The position numbers and the translations under genes were made by a program. A DNA stretch of 64,000 bases from contig OZ199838.1 in NCBI GenBank assembly GCA_964304625.1, positions 5,358,345 through 5,422,344 of the forward strand. The letters run 5' to 3'. Under the pieces are notes generated by a model that was given only the letters and a program-made list of their open reading frames with translations, made no database searches and was not told the DNA's origin. This stretch comes from Kudoa neothunni. Its lineage: Eukaryota; Animalia; Cnidaria. Each line of letters begins with the position of its first letter. The first letter of the stretch is position 1. Shown piece after piece: positions 24,017 to 38,458 of the stretch.

Positions 24017-25967
24017 CAGTAATGCAGGGACATTACGCACATTTTTAGGACAAAACTTTAGGTGCGTAGTACCCCTGAAGTACGTAATATACCAGGTAAT
24101 CTTAGTGGCGCGTTGTCGTATTTTTTTATTTAACGATTACATTTATTTCCTATATTAATCATAACTTGTAGATATTTAGAAAAAGTTTAATATTAAAAAT
24201 ACAAAACAATAAATTGAAATGAATAAACTATAATCGAAAATATATAGATTATCTTTAAAAATCAGTTATTTCATTATTCATTTACGAACCGCATCTTATT
24301 TTAAGGATGGCGAAGTTCAATTTTGTATTTTCTAAGATAAATAGGTCATGAGCAAAAATATTGTTTCTTAATTTATTTAAATGCTCAATGACTTCATTAA
24401 TGGAACAAATATTGCCATTTTTTCGTAATTTTCATCAGTAAACGACTCATTCATTGGGTCCATTTCATTATTTATTGAGTAAACATAGTTATCTTCTTGG
24501 ATAAATGAAGTAATTTCTTCTTTAACAATCTTCAAGTTGATTTTATGGGGAATTACTTCTAATAGACGGAATAATGCCATCTGATTCACAATTATTAAAA
24601 AGGATGATTTCTAAAAACAGTTTTTGATTGTTTCTTCAATCACTAATTTCCACACTTCCTTCATCATGTACATATCGTCAGGTAAATCTGGAGGATTGTT
24701 ACTTAACTTGTTATCAAAAACACTCGTGGAATTAACAATAACTTTATTTATCAAATAATGCGTCAGATGATTATTGTAATTGTATTAAAAACTGTTAATA
24801 CCTCCTTGATCTAATTATTGTAAATACATTGGTTGTTTCTGGTGGAGGAAACAGAGTTGAACGTTTGAAAAATTTAACATTTGGTGAGCTGGGAAATTAT
24901 TAAGGAGTAATATGATTCTTCTCTTACATTAAGAAGGTTCGCGCTTCTATACCGTCAGATATTTTGAATAAATAAAGTCTTCTTGTTAATGTAATTGAGA
25001 AGTAAGAGATATTTTAATTTACAAAAGTACCAAGGTTTTTCATGATTGCGAGTTATTAATAAGGGTCTTTTCTGGCATCGAATAAATCGCAGCAATTTTT
25101 ACCCTCTTTGGATTTTTTAGAACCGAACAAGTTTTCCTTCATTTAAATACATAACCAGACATTGAATTTCCCATAGAGATGTAGATTTAAATGATATTTT
25201 ATTTTTTTTCAGGTAAAATAGTCCAGTTTCATCCAAACCAAAAATACCTATTGGATCATAATTTTTGATCAACTTTAACAGTTGATCTCTACAAGAGGAA
25301 ATTATTTCAGGAACAACATTCTTTTATTCACTTATGCATTTGTTATTTTCAATCCAACTCTCGGAAAAAATATTTGAAACTAATCATAACAATTGTGTTT
25401 TTAATTTCATATGAATAATCGTTGGCGTTTTTAATTATATCATCCTGGGAAAGTTCGATATTACGTGATCTCATTACATCAATCAACTCTATAAGCTTAG
25501 AATCTAAAATGTTGGAATTATCTTTTCTTGAGGTTTCCCTGCTGTGATATAGGCCCCGGTGTTATAATCTTTCAGAATACTTTTCTTTTTTAATAGTATG
25601 CTGTTTAAGGAAGATATCGATTTTAATTCAACTTTTTAAGCTTTTGAGCCATTTAATTTTTTATATCATCGTAATAATTTATTCTTTTAACTTTATCATC
25701 TAACTATCGATACTTTCTCAGATTTCTTAATTGCATACTAACTGTGTCGTTAGATTAATTTAATTGAGGGGGATTTTTAGTGCGCAGTAAGCATACCGCC
25801 AAATTTTCTCGGTCTCTGCTCATATTTTTAATAATAATTTTATTTAATTCAACATTTTTAAGTGTTTATTATTATAAATAACAAAATTGTGTATTTTTAT
25901 TAGGAAACATTGCGATAATATCATCAAATGAGTAGTACCCCTGCTATGCAATAACCCTGCGCTACTG
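24017..25967 (-). mobile_element. Decayed pogo/Tigger (Tc1/mariner superfamily) transposon
   Basis: TA-CAGTAATGCAGGG...CCCTGCGCTACTG-TA; minus-strand relics YDPIGIFGLDETGLFY, KKSKERV and LDQGGINSF typical of CENP-B/Tigger DDE transposases; many stops and frameshifts. Confidence 0.85.
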
Positions 25968-26068
25968 TATATATATAAGTATTTCTAATCTATGATAAAT
26001 TATATTTTAAATGAAACCTTAAATAGAGTATATTACAATTATTCATAGCAATAAATTACATTGTTTAA

Positions 26069-27212
26069 CCCTCTGATTGACTTTGGGGTCTGTGGGACCC
26101 CAGGGTTTTTTTGGCTTAATCTAATTAAAAAATTATGGAAACGTACCCATGAATTATTAAAATATTCTATCGACAAAATATTTGGAAAATCACACATTAC
26201 TGAGTAAATTAATCCTCAATAATCCGATCTAATGTTACTTTGCAATCACGCGCAATGAATCTATATTAGCACATTTGGAAGAATGTGGGTCCAATATATT
26301 CAAGAATAGGATTTTTAAACAAAAAGGTTTTTCATATCAATATTTTTTAAAATTATTGAATAATAATCCAAGTTGACAAAATTGCTAGACAAAGTGACGA
26401 AATAACTCGAAAATCCCTACAAGCAATTGGACCAGAACTACAATCCATTGTAGACCTAACTGAATTTCTTGAAAATGGTGACCTAGTTATAAAATTATTC
26501 CGCTTCTGTTGTTTGTAAAATTCATTGAAAACTGGGTCCCCGGTATGTCATTGGAACATTTAAACACTTAAAATGCTGTTTCATCAGAATCGCTACTTAA
26601 AGGTTGAAATTTGTCACGAAAATAACCAGAACTACTCTTCGTTATTGAATACATTGATTATTAGCAACAAGGAAACATTTAGTAAGTAGAAAACATTAAA
26701 ATGTTTTAAAAATTTAATTTTATTGATTAAAATTTTATTACCATAAAATATAAAGAGAATATTTTTAAATTAACTACTTATTGTAATTTATAAGCTGTGA
26801 CTACAAGGAAATAACAACGGCATTGCAATGCAGGTGTAACAACAGATTACGGGGCTCCGGACGAATCTTCCCGTACTGAACTATCAAGGATTAGTTCGTA
26901 CAGTGATCAACGATTTTCTTGATATTGCGTGGATAGAATTACGTAATACTTCAAATGTCGCATTTTCATAATTTTTCAATTAGATCAAGCCAACAAAAAC
27001 TGGGGTCCCATTGACCCAAAGTCCGTTGGATGATGGATTTTGATTTTCGTGTTATGTAATAGCAATTATAAACTACAAAATACATCAATATATACTTTAC
27101 ATAAATATATAAGAATAACCAAGATTACAGACTTGAATGTATATTAGAAAGAAATTTTATGGACAATATAATATGGCATTGGGGTCCCACACATCCCGAA
27201 TCTGTTAGAGGG
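26069..27212. mobile_element. Non-autonomous piggyBac-like element
   Basis: TTAA-CCCTCTGATTGACTTTGGGGTCTGTGGGACCCC ... GGGGTCCCACACATCCCGAATCTGTTAGAGGG-TTGA; internal copy of the TIR motif at ~27001. Confidence 0.75.
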
Positions 27213-27623
27213 TTGAAATGGCGCTATTCCAAATTTTTTAACGAATATCCTAGTATTATAATTTATTAAAATTATTGAAAGTCACCATAACATTTCGAAA
27301 CTATTTTTGAGAAAGTTTTTTAAATAGAGCGTCATGAAGATGCTATTTTTTCTTATTCATTTAAAATTTAAATGAAAATTGGGAACGAAAGGGCTAAGCA
27401 AATTAAATCGATCGCCTAATTCCAGCAAATCATTCAATTTCTATTCTTTCGTATGTATTTGAGTTCTTAATAAGAAGGATGGCTCAAAGAACAAAGTAAC
27501 AATTTTTGATTGATTTGACAATCATAATGTACGAAAATCGAATTTAATCAATAAATACATATCCGACTGATAGAATTTCATCCCAAATATTATATGATAA
27601 GTAAATGATAAAATATAATGTTT

Positions 27624-30332
27624 TTATAGAAGCATTTGAATCGGATTTTCGAGTAGTGTTTTGAATTTTTTTACCCAAACCGCTCCAAGTGCTCCATCGA
27701 TAATTCTGTGGTCCGCACTAAGGGTTACTTGCATAAAGGACTTAACTACAGGCCTAAAACAAAAGCTCCTGTCAACAAAAGAGTCTACCAAAATATTGAC
27801 GATAACTTGTTATCTTCATCTGGAACCATTATTTTGTTTATTGATCCTACTGCAAGAATGGCACTCTAACGCGGAAAGAAGTGATTTAGAAAAACTCATG
27901 TTGTCACGTTTCTAAATATATACTTGAGGTGGATTGATGACGGCACAAAATGACGTAATTCCATACATACCCAAGTTGGAAATAGTGAATGTTCCACCCT
28001 ATTGATTGAAATCAACCCCCTATTAATTTATTTATCAATAAAATACTTGATATTCATTTAATGCAAGTTTGTTTTCGCGGGCTTTTCTCACCAACTGTTT
28101 AATCTCGTTATTAATTTGAACCAGTCCCTACATGCGAAGTGAAACCGTAATTTTATGAAAATGAAATAAGTTCAACCTTCTGATTGACATCTCTCACAAA
28201 TGGGGTTATTAAACCACTTTCGGTACTTACTGCGATATTTATATCAACATTTTGATATCTATATTAGTTGATTATGAGATCACAGATAAAACAAAAACAT
28301 CATCAAGAAAAATCCTATTCCTACAATCACAAAAACCGCACTCCTTAATATTACATAGCTTGAATTTTGTCATTAATTTTCAAATTAAAAGCTACATTTA
28401 AAATTATTAATATTAGTATCATTGACTGAAAAACAGATAAAAACACGTTATAATCTCGATTTTTTAATATCTGTTGATTCTCATGATAATTTAAACAAAA
28501 TACTGTCGAATAAAAGTGTCCATCCAAGCAGAATTGGATTCGGGAATAGCAGTCAGACAAATACTTGCTGCTTTTACAACGAAATCATTAAACGACAGTT
28601 TCATGGTGTCCTTGACAAGTTGTTTGTTGAATTTGGATCTTAATCTACACAATAATAATTATTATTAGCATTTCTTTTTGTTTTATCTCTTAATCTTACT
28701 TAATTAATTCATCCACGCAAATCTCAGTATTGAGATAGTAGTGAGGGATGGTTTGTTTGGACTGTGTGAGACGAGTAGCAATCACCTTCAAAATCACAAA
28801 AAATAATCCTCAACAACTCAATTTTCAATCACCTTTCTCATATTTGTCAAAGGAACATCAATATAATTGGTGGCTGTAAAGGTTGGTAGAATGACAGGAG
28901 TAGACTCAATAGTAGTAGGTTTTGTATCGACAAAAGCTTTCACATCGCCCGAAATAATTCTTCCTCTGGGACCACTTCCGGCAACTTTCTAAGCACACAA
29001 ACAATTAAAGGAGTGAAATTTATTAGTGAATTGAGTTTTTTACCGTTAAATCAACTCCAAGTTCATTTCCAAGTTTTTTGGCATAAGGGCTAACTTTAAT
29101 CCTAGAATGTTCACTAGAAACATTAGGCGGGAGAATTTCTTTGCTGGCATGCTGTTGAGTTCGGGGGTTGGACTCGACCTCGAATTTTTCTTCGGCTTTA
29201 CCGCCCACAACAAAATCTTCAAACAATGCGATATCATTTTTGTTAGTTGTAATCACAGCAATGGGCTAAATTTCAATAACATAACAATGTTAATTCTATA
29301 TCTCCCAGAGACAAAAACAATTACCTCATTAATGGCAATATTGCTGGTATTCTCAGGTATAAGTATTTTTGCCAGATAGCCTTTGTAAGGAGTTTCCATA
29401 GCCATAACGGCTTTATCTGTCTCAACAAGAGCCAACTCATCTCCCTCATCTAATCTGTCGCCAACGGATTTATTCCAGGCGGTTAATGTGCCATTTTCCA
29501 TAGTAGGTGAAAGACTTGGTAATTTGACCAGTTTGTGTTTGGGATAGCTTTTTGTGCTTGTATTTGTACTGGTTGTTGTTGATGATGATGAGGTGGTCGA
29601 AGGGGAAGTTTCCACTGGGGATGGGACGGCTTTAATTTTACCCTCTTTAAGTAGTTCAACACTGAGTGATGATACTTTCTCAATATCAGCTTTTTTGCTA
29701 ACGATAATAGCAATTGGCTAAATAAGGTTGATAATAGCATGAGAAATCTCAATACAATAAGCAAGTACTTCATTTATCGGTATTCCAGTGCTACCTTCCG
29801 GTTGTAAAATTTTTGCCAAATAACCTTTATACGGAGTCTCCATAGCCATAACGGCCTTATCAGTTTCAATCTGAGCTATTGTATCCCCTTCATCGATAAA
29901 ATCCCCTTCAACTTTATCCCAACATTTTATAGTTCCTTGCTCCATTGTTGGTGACAAGCTTGGCAACTTGGCGATTTTATATTTCATAGAGCAGTTAATG
30001 CAATTAGATAATGAAAAATATTTTTTATCAGTAGCATCGTTCAATATATCTATTATTTATTTAATCAGAAAATTCAAAGGTAAAAATATGGCGCGGAAAA
30101 TTTGTTTTTTTCGACTAAAAATCTTACTTTTATAACAGTTCACCTTAGTCGTATCAAAAGCAAAAGAAGAACACGGATTTCGAATGAAAGCTGCCATTAA
30201 TCCATCTAATTGACCAATGAACTTATTTTTGATAAAAACAATTTGTATACAATATCGAGTAACCAACAACGTGCATTGAACCCTTCGTGCAGACGTAAGA
30301 TTTAAATTTTTCAATGACAATGCACGTCGCAT
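27624..30332 (-). CDS. DLAT: Dihydrolipoamide acetyltransferase, pyruvate dehydrogenase E2 (multi-exon)
   Basis: Basic presequence MRRALSLK, two lipoyl domains (LPSLSPTME...ETDKA), E3-binding segment [15 protein letters not shown], catalytic [10 protein letters not shown] and ADHRIIDG; TAA at 27624-27626; GT-AG introns. Confidence 0.95.
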
Positions 30333-30458
30333 ATTTTTAAATTTCCGAACAACTGCGAAAATTTAACCTGTGTGAGAATGTGAGATGTGCAATGGAGTTG
30401 TTAAGAGCGTGCGCGCAATGGATGACAGCATCAGGCTCACATGGCCTCAACATTACGT

Positions 30459-30542
30459 TGGTAAAATTTAAACAAGTCCTACGAATGAATGCTAACGTCA
30501 ACACTATCTATGCTGGTAAAATTTAAGCGAGTCCTACGAATG
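30459..30542. repeat. 29-bp direct repeat pair between RPL13A and DLAT
   Basis: TGGTAAAATTTAAACAAGTCCTACGAATG (30459-30487) and TGGTAAAATTTAAGCGAGTCCTACGAATG (30514-30542). Confidence 0.9.
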
Positions 30543-30693
30543 TTAATTCTTAGTAACCGAACACTAGGATAAATCAACAATGAGCCAGTCAAAACTTTTA
30601 ACTCAATTTAATGGGCACAGAAAATAATGCGCAAAAGACAACACAATCTGTTAACAAACTTACTAATGCTATCATTGAAACAAACTGTGTTAA

Positions 30694-31525
30694 TTAAACA
30701 AGTTGGCCCAAACGACGCAATTCAGCATCAATTTGCTTTAGTTTGTCAGCACAACCAGCGCCTTTAGCAATAGTTGCTCTGCGAGCCTATATAATTAAAT
30801 TATATATACTGCTCAATCACTCTGTAAACAAACATACATCCTCCTTAACCTTCTTTTGGTAGTATTTGGCCGATGAAACCTTTCTTTTAGCCTCCAATCT
30901 AGCAACAACGTCCTTGTATTTCCAGCCATAGTTGGTAGAGAGACGTTCCAGCTTTTCAAACTTAAAGCGTCGATATTAAACACTGTTGATAAGCATTGTG
31001 AATAAATAGATTAAATACTTTGCTGGAAGGTTTCAAACATATCACACGATTGCAACCAGGCACAACCAAACGTTTAACTGTGGCATACTTTGGAGGAACA
31101 CCTTCGAATGTCTTAAGTCGCTTCAACGCTTCCTTTCCACGTTCAGTTCTGCATGGTAACATGCCTAGAACAATGTATTTGAATTCGGTTGTCATTGAGG
31201 CACATTTCTTAATTCTAACAACAACCTACCTCTTACTGCCTTCACAAAAATCATGCTGGGGGCCCTTTGGTGGTAAGGACCTTTAGCGTGATTGGAACAC
31301 ACTCTCTTTCTACGATATTGCTTGAAAATGGCCAACATTCTTTTGAATGTTCCACTCTTGCATATCTGCTCACATCTCACAACCACAACTTTGTTACCAT
31401 TTAACAGTTGTTTAGCGGTCACGCTTGCCAATCTACCCAACAAATGGTTGGCACCATCAATTACTATTGTCTAAATTTTAATTCACACAATGAAAGAAGC
31501 AATGCTGATGAACTTGTCTGGTCAT
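30694..31525 (-). CDS. RPL13A: 60S ribosomal protein uL13 (L13a), 5 exons
   Basis: Spliced product MTRQ|[16 protein letters not shown]...GPYHQRAPS...RG|MLP...FEGVPP...|FEKLERLS...GWKY...|...LRRLGQLV*; all introns GT-AG. Confidence 0.95.
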
Positions 31526-31874
31526 TCCGATGTAGGTTACGATCACGCTAACACAAGCCGAACTATTATCGTCAATCTCCGTAGCACATTCGCGATTGAT
31601 GATTTTATATTCTTCCAATAAATATATTCCTTAAACTGATCAGTGTTTTATTTTTGATAAATTTAATTGAAAGTTAGTTTTTAAGATTATGTTGTCATTA
31701 TTTTGAGGCTACCAGGACCAATTTCTAAATTCATCAATAGTGATGGTTATTCTTAAGAGATAAACAAAGCTATCGATTTAGCTTTTAGTATTGAATTACT
31801 TTTGGTTCATATTAGCTGTATATAAAGAAATTAAGTCTAATATTAGATCGCGCCTGCGCGATAAAGCCAGATAT

Positions 31875-34800
31875 CAGGCATGTGCCGTGGGTAATTATTC
31901 CGGGTAGGCAGCCGGTGCTTTGGTACAAGAAAATTTTAACGAAAGTTTTAACTATTTATATTTTCATATAGGAAGCTAAAAAATATTTAATCTATAAATA
32001 TTTTTTCACGAAAATTAGTTTGGATTTAATGTTTAAGAATTATTGTTCAATAAATTTTTTAATAACTTATTTATCGGAAATTGTAATTCTTATGTTGTAT
32101 TTGTAGACTAAAGATAAAATATTAAAATTATAAATCGAATTTTTCAGGATTTTGAAATATTTATCTAATTAAATTAATGTTTATGCGTGAGAATGCAATT
32201 AATTTAAACACCAACGATTTATTTGAAATGTGGACGTCTCTTTATCAAATTAAAGAGGATACAATAATAATTTAACTATGAATTTTTATATTTTAATGAT
32301 TTATATATCATGAAATTAATAATACTCCATTCTTAATAATTATTATAGAGGTCATATCTAGTTAACACCATAAAACATTCTTAATTTAAATTTGGGACCT
32401 GGTCCTATGCTACATAGACAGCTAAATTAGTTAATAAAGAGATTATTTTTACAATACAAACCAATAATGTAATGATAGGCCAAAATAAAGCGGATAAATC
32501 ATTGCTGTAAGTTAAGATTACAAAAATATTTGAAAGTTGGTGTTTTGTATTTTTCTACTTATAAAAGAAACCTAATCTTCTTTCTTTTGTTGTAGCAAAG
32601 GTATCAATCACCTTTTCATAGAAATTGAAGGTCGGGTCTTGTTCCATTTGGTTGTCTTTCCTTTTCAATCGATATTAATGCAAGGGAAGGAAGTCGTTGG
32701 TCTGTTATCATGTTCCTGGTGTAGATTTTAATTCGTTTCAATGCAGAAAACGATCTTTCCACAGAAATGGTTGTTGCAGGAATCGTTAAAATTAATTGTA
32801 ACAATTTGACAACCTCAGGAAATGTTTGGTCCAGTTGATGCTGGGAGATAAAATCGAGCAATTTTGTAGGGGACTATTCATTGAATACATGAGCATTATA
32901 TATTCCGGCCAAATCAGCTTTCAATCTTAAAATATCAAAAACTTTTCCATAATTCGTTTGCAGACTTGTAAGGGCACTCGTGTCAATTTGGCATGATAAA
33001 TTGTCAAAGTTATTTCCATTAATCAATGACATAAACTTGAGATTTTCGAAATCATTAGATCTCGTTCTCAGATTCTTTATTATATCACTGACCATTGTAC
33101 CCAATAATATCGCTCTTTCATTTTTTGTCACATTGAGGGGGAGGATAGGTCTAATTAAGATATTTTCTTAACAATATTTTTCGAAATTATAATACAATAA
33201 CTCAAATTTTGTTATTGTAACATTGATTCTTTCCATGCAATACGCAATGTCTATCATTTTCATCCGCAATATATTGAAGAGCGCATCAGTTAACATGAAA
33301 ATTTCATTATATATCATCAATAAAAAGTATGTTGAGTCGTTTTTTAGCCAATTGAAAAGTCCGTTACTTCGAAGTAAAGTGTCTGAATCCCAAAATTCGG
33401 GATTGTTGTTTACATTGTAGAAAATTTGCAAAGATCATCGTGATACTCTAATATCATCCGCACTAATTTTGAATTTGAATTCCATCTCGTTGCCACTGCT
33501 ATTGGATTGCGTCTCCGCACAATCTCGTCAAGAAATTGGACCAGTTTCATCGAATTTTTGAAAAAAGAGGAAAGTACTTCATTAGTCTTGAAAAAGATCG
33601 TACAATCAGGGATAAACTTGGCGGATTGTGGCAACACAAGATTTAACTTATGGGTATAACAGTGAGTAAACAGCGAAGTCGATATCTTTTGTCTAACTTT
33701 TGACTGAACTCCATTTAAGTGGGAGGTTATAACTATCGTTTCATCATATGTTTGTGCGACTAATTTCTCTTCAATGTTGTATTTATATACGTTTTTGAAT
33801 GCAGATTCCGTTACACCACCCGCTGTTCTGTCACGAAGAGTATCAAATCCAATGCAAACATCCTTAATTTTCGATCCCAATACGTATCTTGATATTGTTG
33901 AACATTGAGATGTGCATGAGATATCGGTCGTCTCATCCACTTCTATAGCAACGAAAGGAGCCTGTGCTAATTCCTCTTTAATATTATTCTCCAAAACCAC
34001 CTTTATAGCCATAATCAGATCATTTTGAATCCTATTGGAAATACCAGAAAAAATTGATGAATTCTGTAAATGATTTGATAATTTTTCGTCAAATTTTGCG
34101 GTATAATTCAACAACTCCAAATAATTACCTCGATTTAAAGACAGCTCGTGTTCATTATCACCGCGAAAAATAAGTTCTTGTTTAATCGAAAAGCGAACCG
34201 CCCGGATCAATGTTTCCAATATCTCTATATTTTTCTTAACACTTTTATTGTGAAGTTCAATAGAAATATTTTTCTGTTTATCAAGATGCAAATCTACTCG
34301 TACAGATCCAAATGTTTTCCATGAACGTTTGCCTTAATAACGTGCTACGGATCGCTCATGATTATTTAAAGCAATCGACAAATTATTTAAGTCGAAATAT
34401 CCTCCTTTGACCTACAAACTTTCATTACTTACTGATAAAAGCAAACATGGCGCATATCTATTAAAATGTTAAACTTTCTTTTAAAAATGTCAATTAAACT
34501 TTAAACAAAGCTATGTAACGCTGAAATAACAGGGAATGATTGAATTTTATTCATATATATTTTTTATTTCTAATTGTTAATTTTTTCTTTGTGCAAGGAG
34601 GCCGAGAAATAAGATTTTGAATGCTTTAAATAATTCGCACAGTTCGCTTCTTTTATTTCGTATGGGCTTTTTCTAAAACATTCGAGCAGCTCTAAATGTG
34701 TTTTGGGTTCCATCCGTTTCACAATGGATTTATGTTGTCCACATACTTCCTCAATCGGATTAAGGAACGGCGGATAGGGTGGTAACAGCAACAATTTATA

Positions 34801-36408
34801 GGGGCTGTTTTCAATCAATGCTTTTACACTTTCGGTTTTGTGGAATACAACATTATCCATTATTAAAATGGCTTTTTCTATTGGATTTGATTCCAATTTT
34901 TCGAAAAGATCCGTTGAAAATGAGGAAAAAATAAGTTGGTTTACACCGCCCGTGTGAATTTTAAATCCCCAAATTTTTTTACTTCTCATGGCTGCTATTA
35001 GCGTAATGTTTTGGGATCTAATGGATTTCACTTTTAAATTTGCTCTAAGAACTGTAAGTGATCTGCCTTGAGAACGTCGAGTTGCCAGAGAAAACCCAGA
35101 TTCGTCAATAAAGAGAATTTAAGAATATTCTGGTTCCAGGCGGATGTATTCGTTCACATAACTAAGAAAATCATAAGCCAATTATAAAAATTAATTTTAT
35201 ACTCGCATCTTAATGAAATAGTCCTAAGGAAATTCCGGTCCACTGGCACTAATAATATTTTTTTCAGAGTATAATGGAATTCATTCAGAACCCTGAAGAA
35301 GGTTTGTAGAGAAACCCGAATGGAGTATTTCTCGTAGACCTTTTCGGATAATTATTTAAGGGATAGCGTACAATTGTCATCCACCTCATTTATAATAAAT
35401 TGTTTTTGATCAGCGTTCAATAATGAACGGCGATCTCCACCTGTTGCTAGTCTTTCTTCTGACCCTGTTTCATTTATCTTTTTGACAATTCTACTTATCG
35501 TAGATTCCTGAATTCCCAGAGACTCAGATATTTGACGGTTGGTCTTCCCATTCTGAATGGCTTCAGAAATTATATCAAAATATGAATATTTGGAGTCGTT
35601 GGAAAATCTTTTCCCTATCTTTCTTATTAACAATTTCGTATTTTCTTCTTATTTTATTAATAATTCCTGGTTCAACAGGAATATCTGAATCTTAATTCTT
35701 AAAAAATAACTAGCGCGCGCCATGTTTGCATCGTGATTGGAAAAGTTTGCATCTTGGTCGTGAAATACTGTATTAAACGTCGTGATAATTGTCTTCCCTT
35801 TCAGTTGTTTAAGTTCTTTAAGATCGGAGTCGGTCTATCATTTCTTATAATTTGTAATTTATCTTCATAATGAAGTTTTGAAAACTCTTTAAGATGTCCG
35901 CTATCCATATTTGAAGAGATAGAGTAAGATTAACAGAGGTGCGCGCCTTATGACAAGTAGGACAATAATTAGTATTAACTTTGGGCGATATTCCCAATAT
36001 AGTTGTCATATAAATTATCTCGTATCAAAAATTGCTTTCATTCAAAATAAGAAAAAATCGGATAAACAGAACAATTTATTTGAATAAATAATGCACGCAC
36101 GGCAGGAATATTTTAAACAGATCACGTGATACGACAGTAGGCAGAACTTATGCTGCCTACCGCCGGCCATTCAAAACGCAATGATAATGATGCGGTACGT
36201 GTTAGTCACAAAATTTTACGTGGAATTTACATAGCGATTAGAAGGCAGAGTCGACTCGTGCCTATCTTGCTACTAATACCTCAAATTATTTTGTAGTTAT
36301 AAGAATATTTAAATAATTATTGTAATTTTATCTTTAAACGATTAATTTATTTTTTTCCAATTTTTATTTAACAGGGTAGGCACTACCTACCTTGACTGCA
36401 CGTGCCTG
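31875..36408 (-). mobile_element. hAT transposon (Tip100/ZMYM1-like), decayed, interrupted by a Tc1-like element
   Basis: TIRs CAGGCATGTGC / GCACGTGCCTG, GGTAGGCA subterminal repeats; transposase relics 32555-35908 (FRGDNE, DETTD, HCYTHKLNL, TRWNS, TISVERSFSALKRIK). No TSD found. Confidence 0.9.
34441..35770 (-). mobile_element. Tc1/IS630-like DD34E transposon nested in the hAT transposase
   Basis: TA-CAGTA terminus at 35770; HTH N-terminus (35352-35633), ILFIDESGF, IMDNVVFH-...-LNPIE with 34 residues between D and E; contains stops; 41-nt GT-AG intron at 35162-35202. Confidence 0.85.
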
Positions 36409-37989
36409 GTGAAAATCAGGGTTGTTAGAAGATTTGCGAAAAAAGTACCAAATATTTTTGAAAACGTATCAAAATCAAGTAAACCCTACCGACAGTCAAT
36501 CTGCGCAAAAAAAGATTAACCAGAAAAAAACATAGTTATTTAAAATGTTTTTTAATCTATCTACAAGGAAATTGTTTCATTACAGTTATCTTCATAAAGG
36601 TTTGTCCCTATGAACGCTGTTACTAAATCTTCGGGCGGGTTCCATTTTATACAATCTTTATTATAAAATAAACCTTTCGAATAAATCATACTGTTTAATG
36701 TTTCGGTCTTCAATAATGATCTATTCTTCGTTTTTCAAAATCAGTGTATAATGAAGAATAATGTGTCAAATTACATTAAAATGTTTCATGATACCTTTAA
36801 TTGGTCCCTTAAGGGCATTCTTATATTTTTATAAATATTTATGCATTTTACTACTGAATAATACAAAAACATATTAGGTTTGCAGTGTTCATTAGGCCTG
36901 CCAATAAAATATCAGGTAATGGTAAAGTATGCGGCACCTAAAAAACGTCCACTTTCGCATGTTTTTTTGCATCCATTTTTTCACGATTCTTGATAATAAA
37001 ATAATACGGAAAGAAAAAATTCACCTCAAAATAATGACTCGAAAATTTTGAAAACTTTTCATCCGAACGCGGTCGGATACACGTGTTATCTCCATCTTTT
37101 TTCAATAAACGTTGAATTGATCTCTAATTTGTTTCGATAGCAATTCATAAATTGGTTCTATTTCACATTTCTTACCATATAAACACAAATTTTACAATAT
37201 CAAATTTAATTATACAGGTTTTACTAGGTTTTAAGCATGAATAGATTAAAAGCGAAAAGACAATCACGTGCTCTCAAAATATATTTTCTTAATTTTCTTG
37301 GAGCTGACAAGTTTTTTTTATTATTAATCAACATCATATTTGAGATAAAAATTTAATTTCAATAGGGAAATAATTTAAGATAGGTTATATGAAGTTATTA
37401 CTTTTAGGAGGAATTCTTACATGTGTGTTTAATATAGCATTCGATAAGCGTAAAAATATAGTTATAAACAAACCAAAAAACAAAAAAATTGTTTTTTCTA
37501 CAAAATGATTAGTTTTGATGAATTATATGTGTACCTATAAAAATAATAACCTCAAATAATATGTTTACATCTTGAAATATTCACAATTATTGTTTGGCCG
37601 AATTTGTTGTTAGGAAATTTTGGCATATCGAAAAAACTTATAAAACACTAAAAATATAATTTTAAATTTTTTGAATGTTAACACATAATTCAAGGTAAAC
37701 AAATGAATATAATCATTTTTAAAAATTCGGTTCCTGAATTTTAATAATAAAAATTGAATAATTTCTTAATTTCAAAAAAAAAAAATTTAACAAGAAAAAT
37801 TATCAACTAAAAAAAATCTTACTACATTAATATCTATATTTGAAGTTTGCAAAAGGTTTATTTTTATAGTTAGTTTATATATAATTGTTATATATCAATA
37901 ATAAAAAAGCTAAATAGTAATAATAAATAATTTTTGAGTTAATAACTAAGAAAAAACAAAATAATTCGAAGTTCGTTAAAAACGCATCA

Positions 37990-38458
37990 AATTTTATGCG
38001 GGTCAAAGGATGTTAATTCGAAAAATAAAAATTAATTTACTTCATCTTTATTACTTTTTCTATTTTTTATTCCTTAATAACTTAGTGGTGCACAAATTTT
38101 CCGAGCCGGTCCAGAATTCGACTTTAAAAATCTTCCTAGGCCAAAAATAACGTATTAGATTGCATTTTAAGAGAGTTTAAATGATTCAGGAACGAAAATA
38201 AATATGAGGCTGACCTTAAATTATTTAGCGTTGGTGCCAGGATAAGAAATTATTAATTAAAAGCCAGGATTGATATACTCCTGCACAGAAATGATCATGA
38301 TTTAAATTTTGAAATCGAAATCGACAAAGTATGATGCTTAAAAAAAGTTTAGTTTGACTGCTTCTATAAATCAATTTGAAACAATATTTTTTTGAATGTT
38401 ATAAAGAAACGTCTCTATGCAAAATCTTCCCCAAGCAACGCTGGGCAGTTCATGCTAA
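37990..38458 (+). mobile_element. Helitron 3' portion (same family as 7685-8876)
   Basis: Aligns with ~8390-8876; ends with CCCAAGCAACGCTGGG hairpin plus CTAA followed by T. Confidence 0.75.

Noticed and set aside
30459-30542. CRISPR-like repeat-spacer
   Set aside because: Only two units, eukaryotic context, no cas genes.
31472-31620. Intronic snoRNA in RPL13A
   Set aside because: The introns are only ~43-65 nt and show no C/D box pair on the coding strand.
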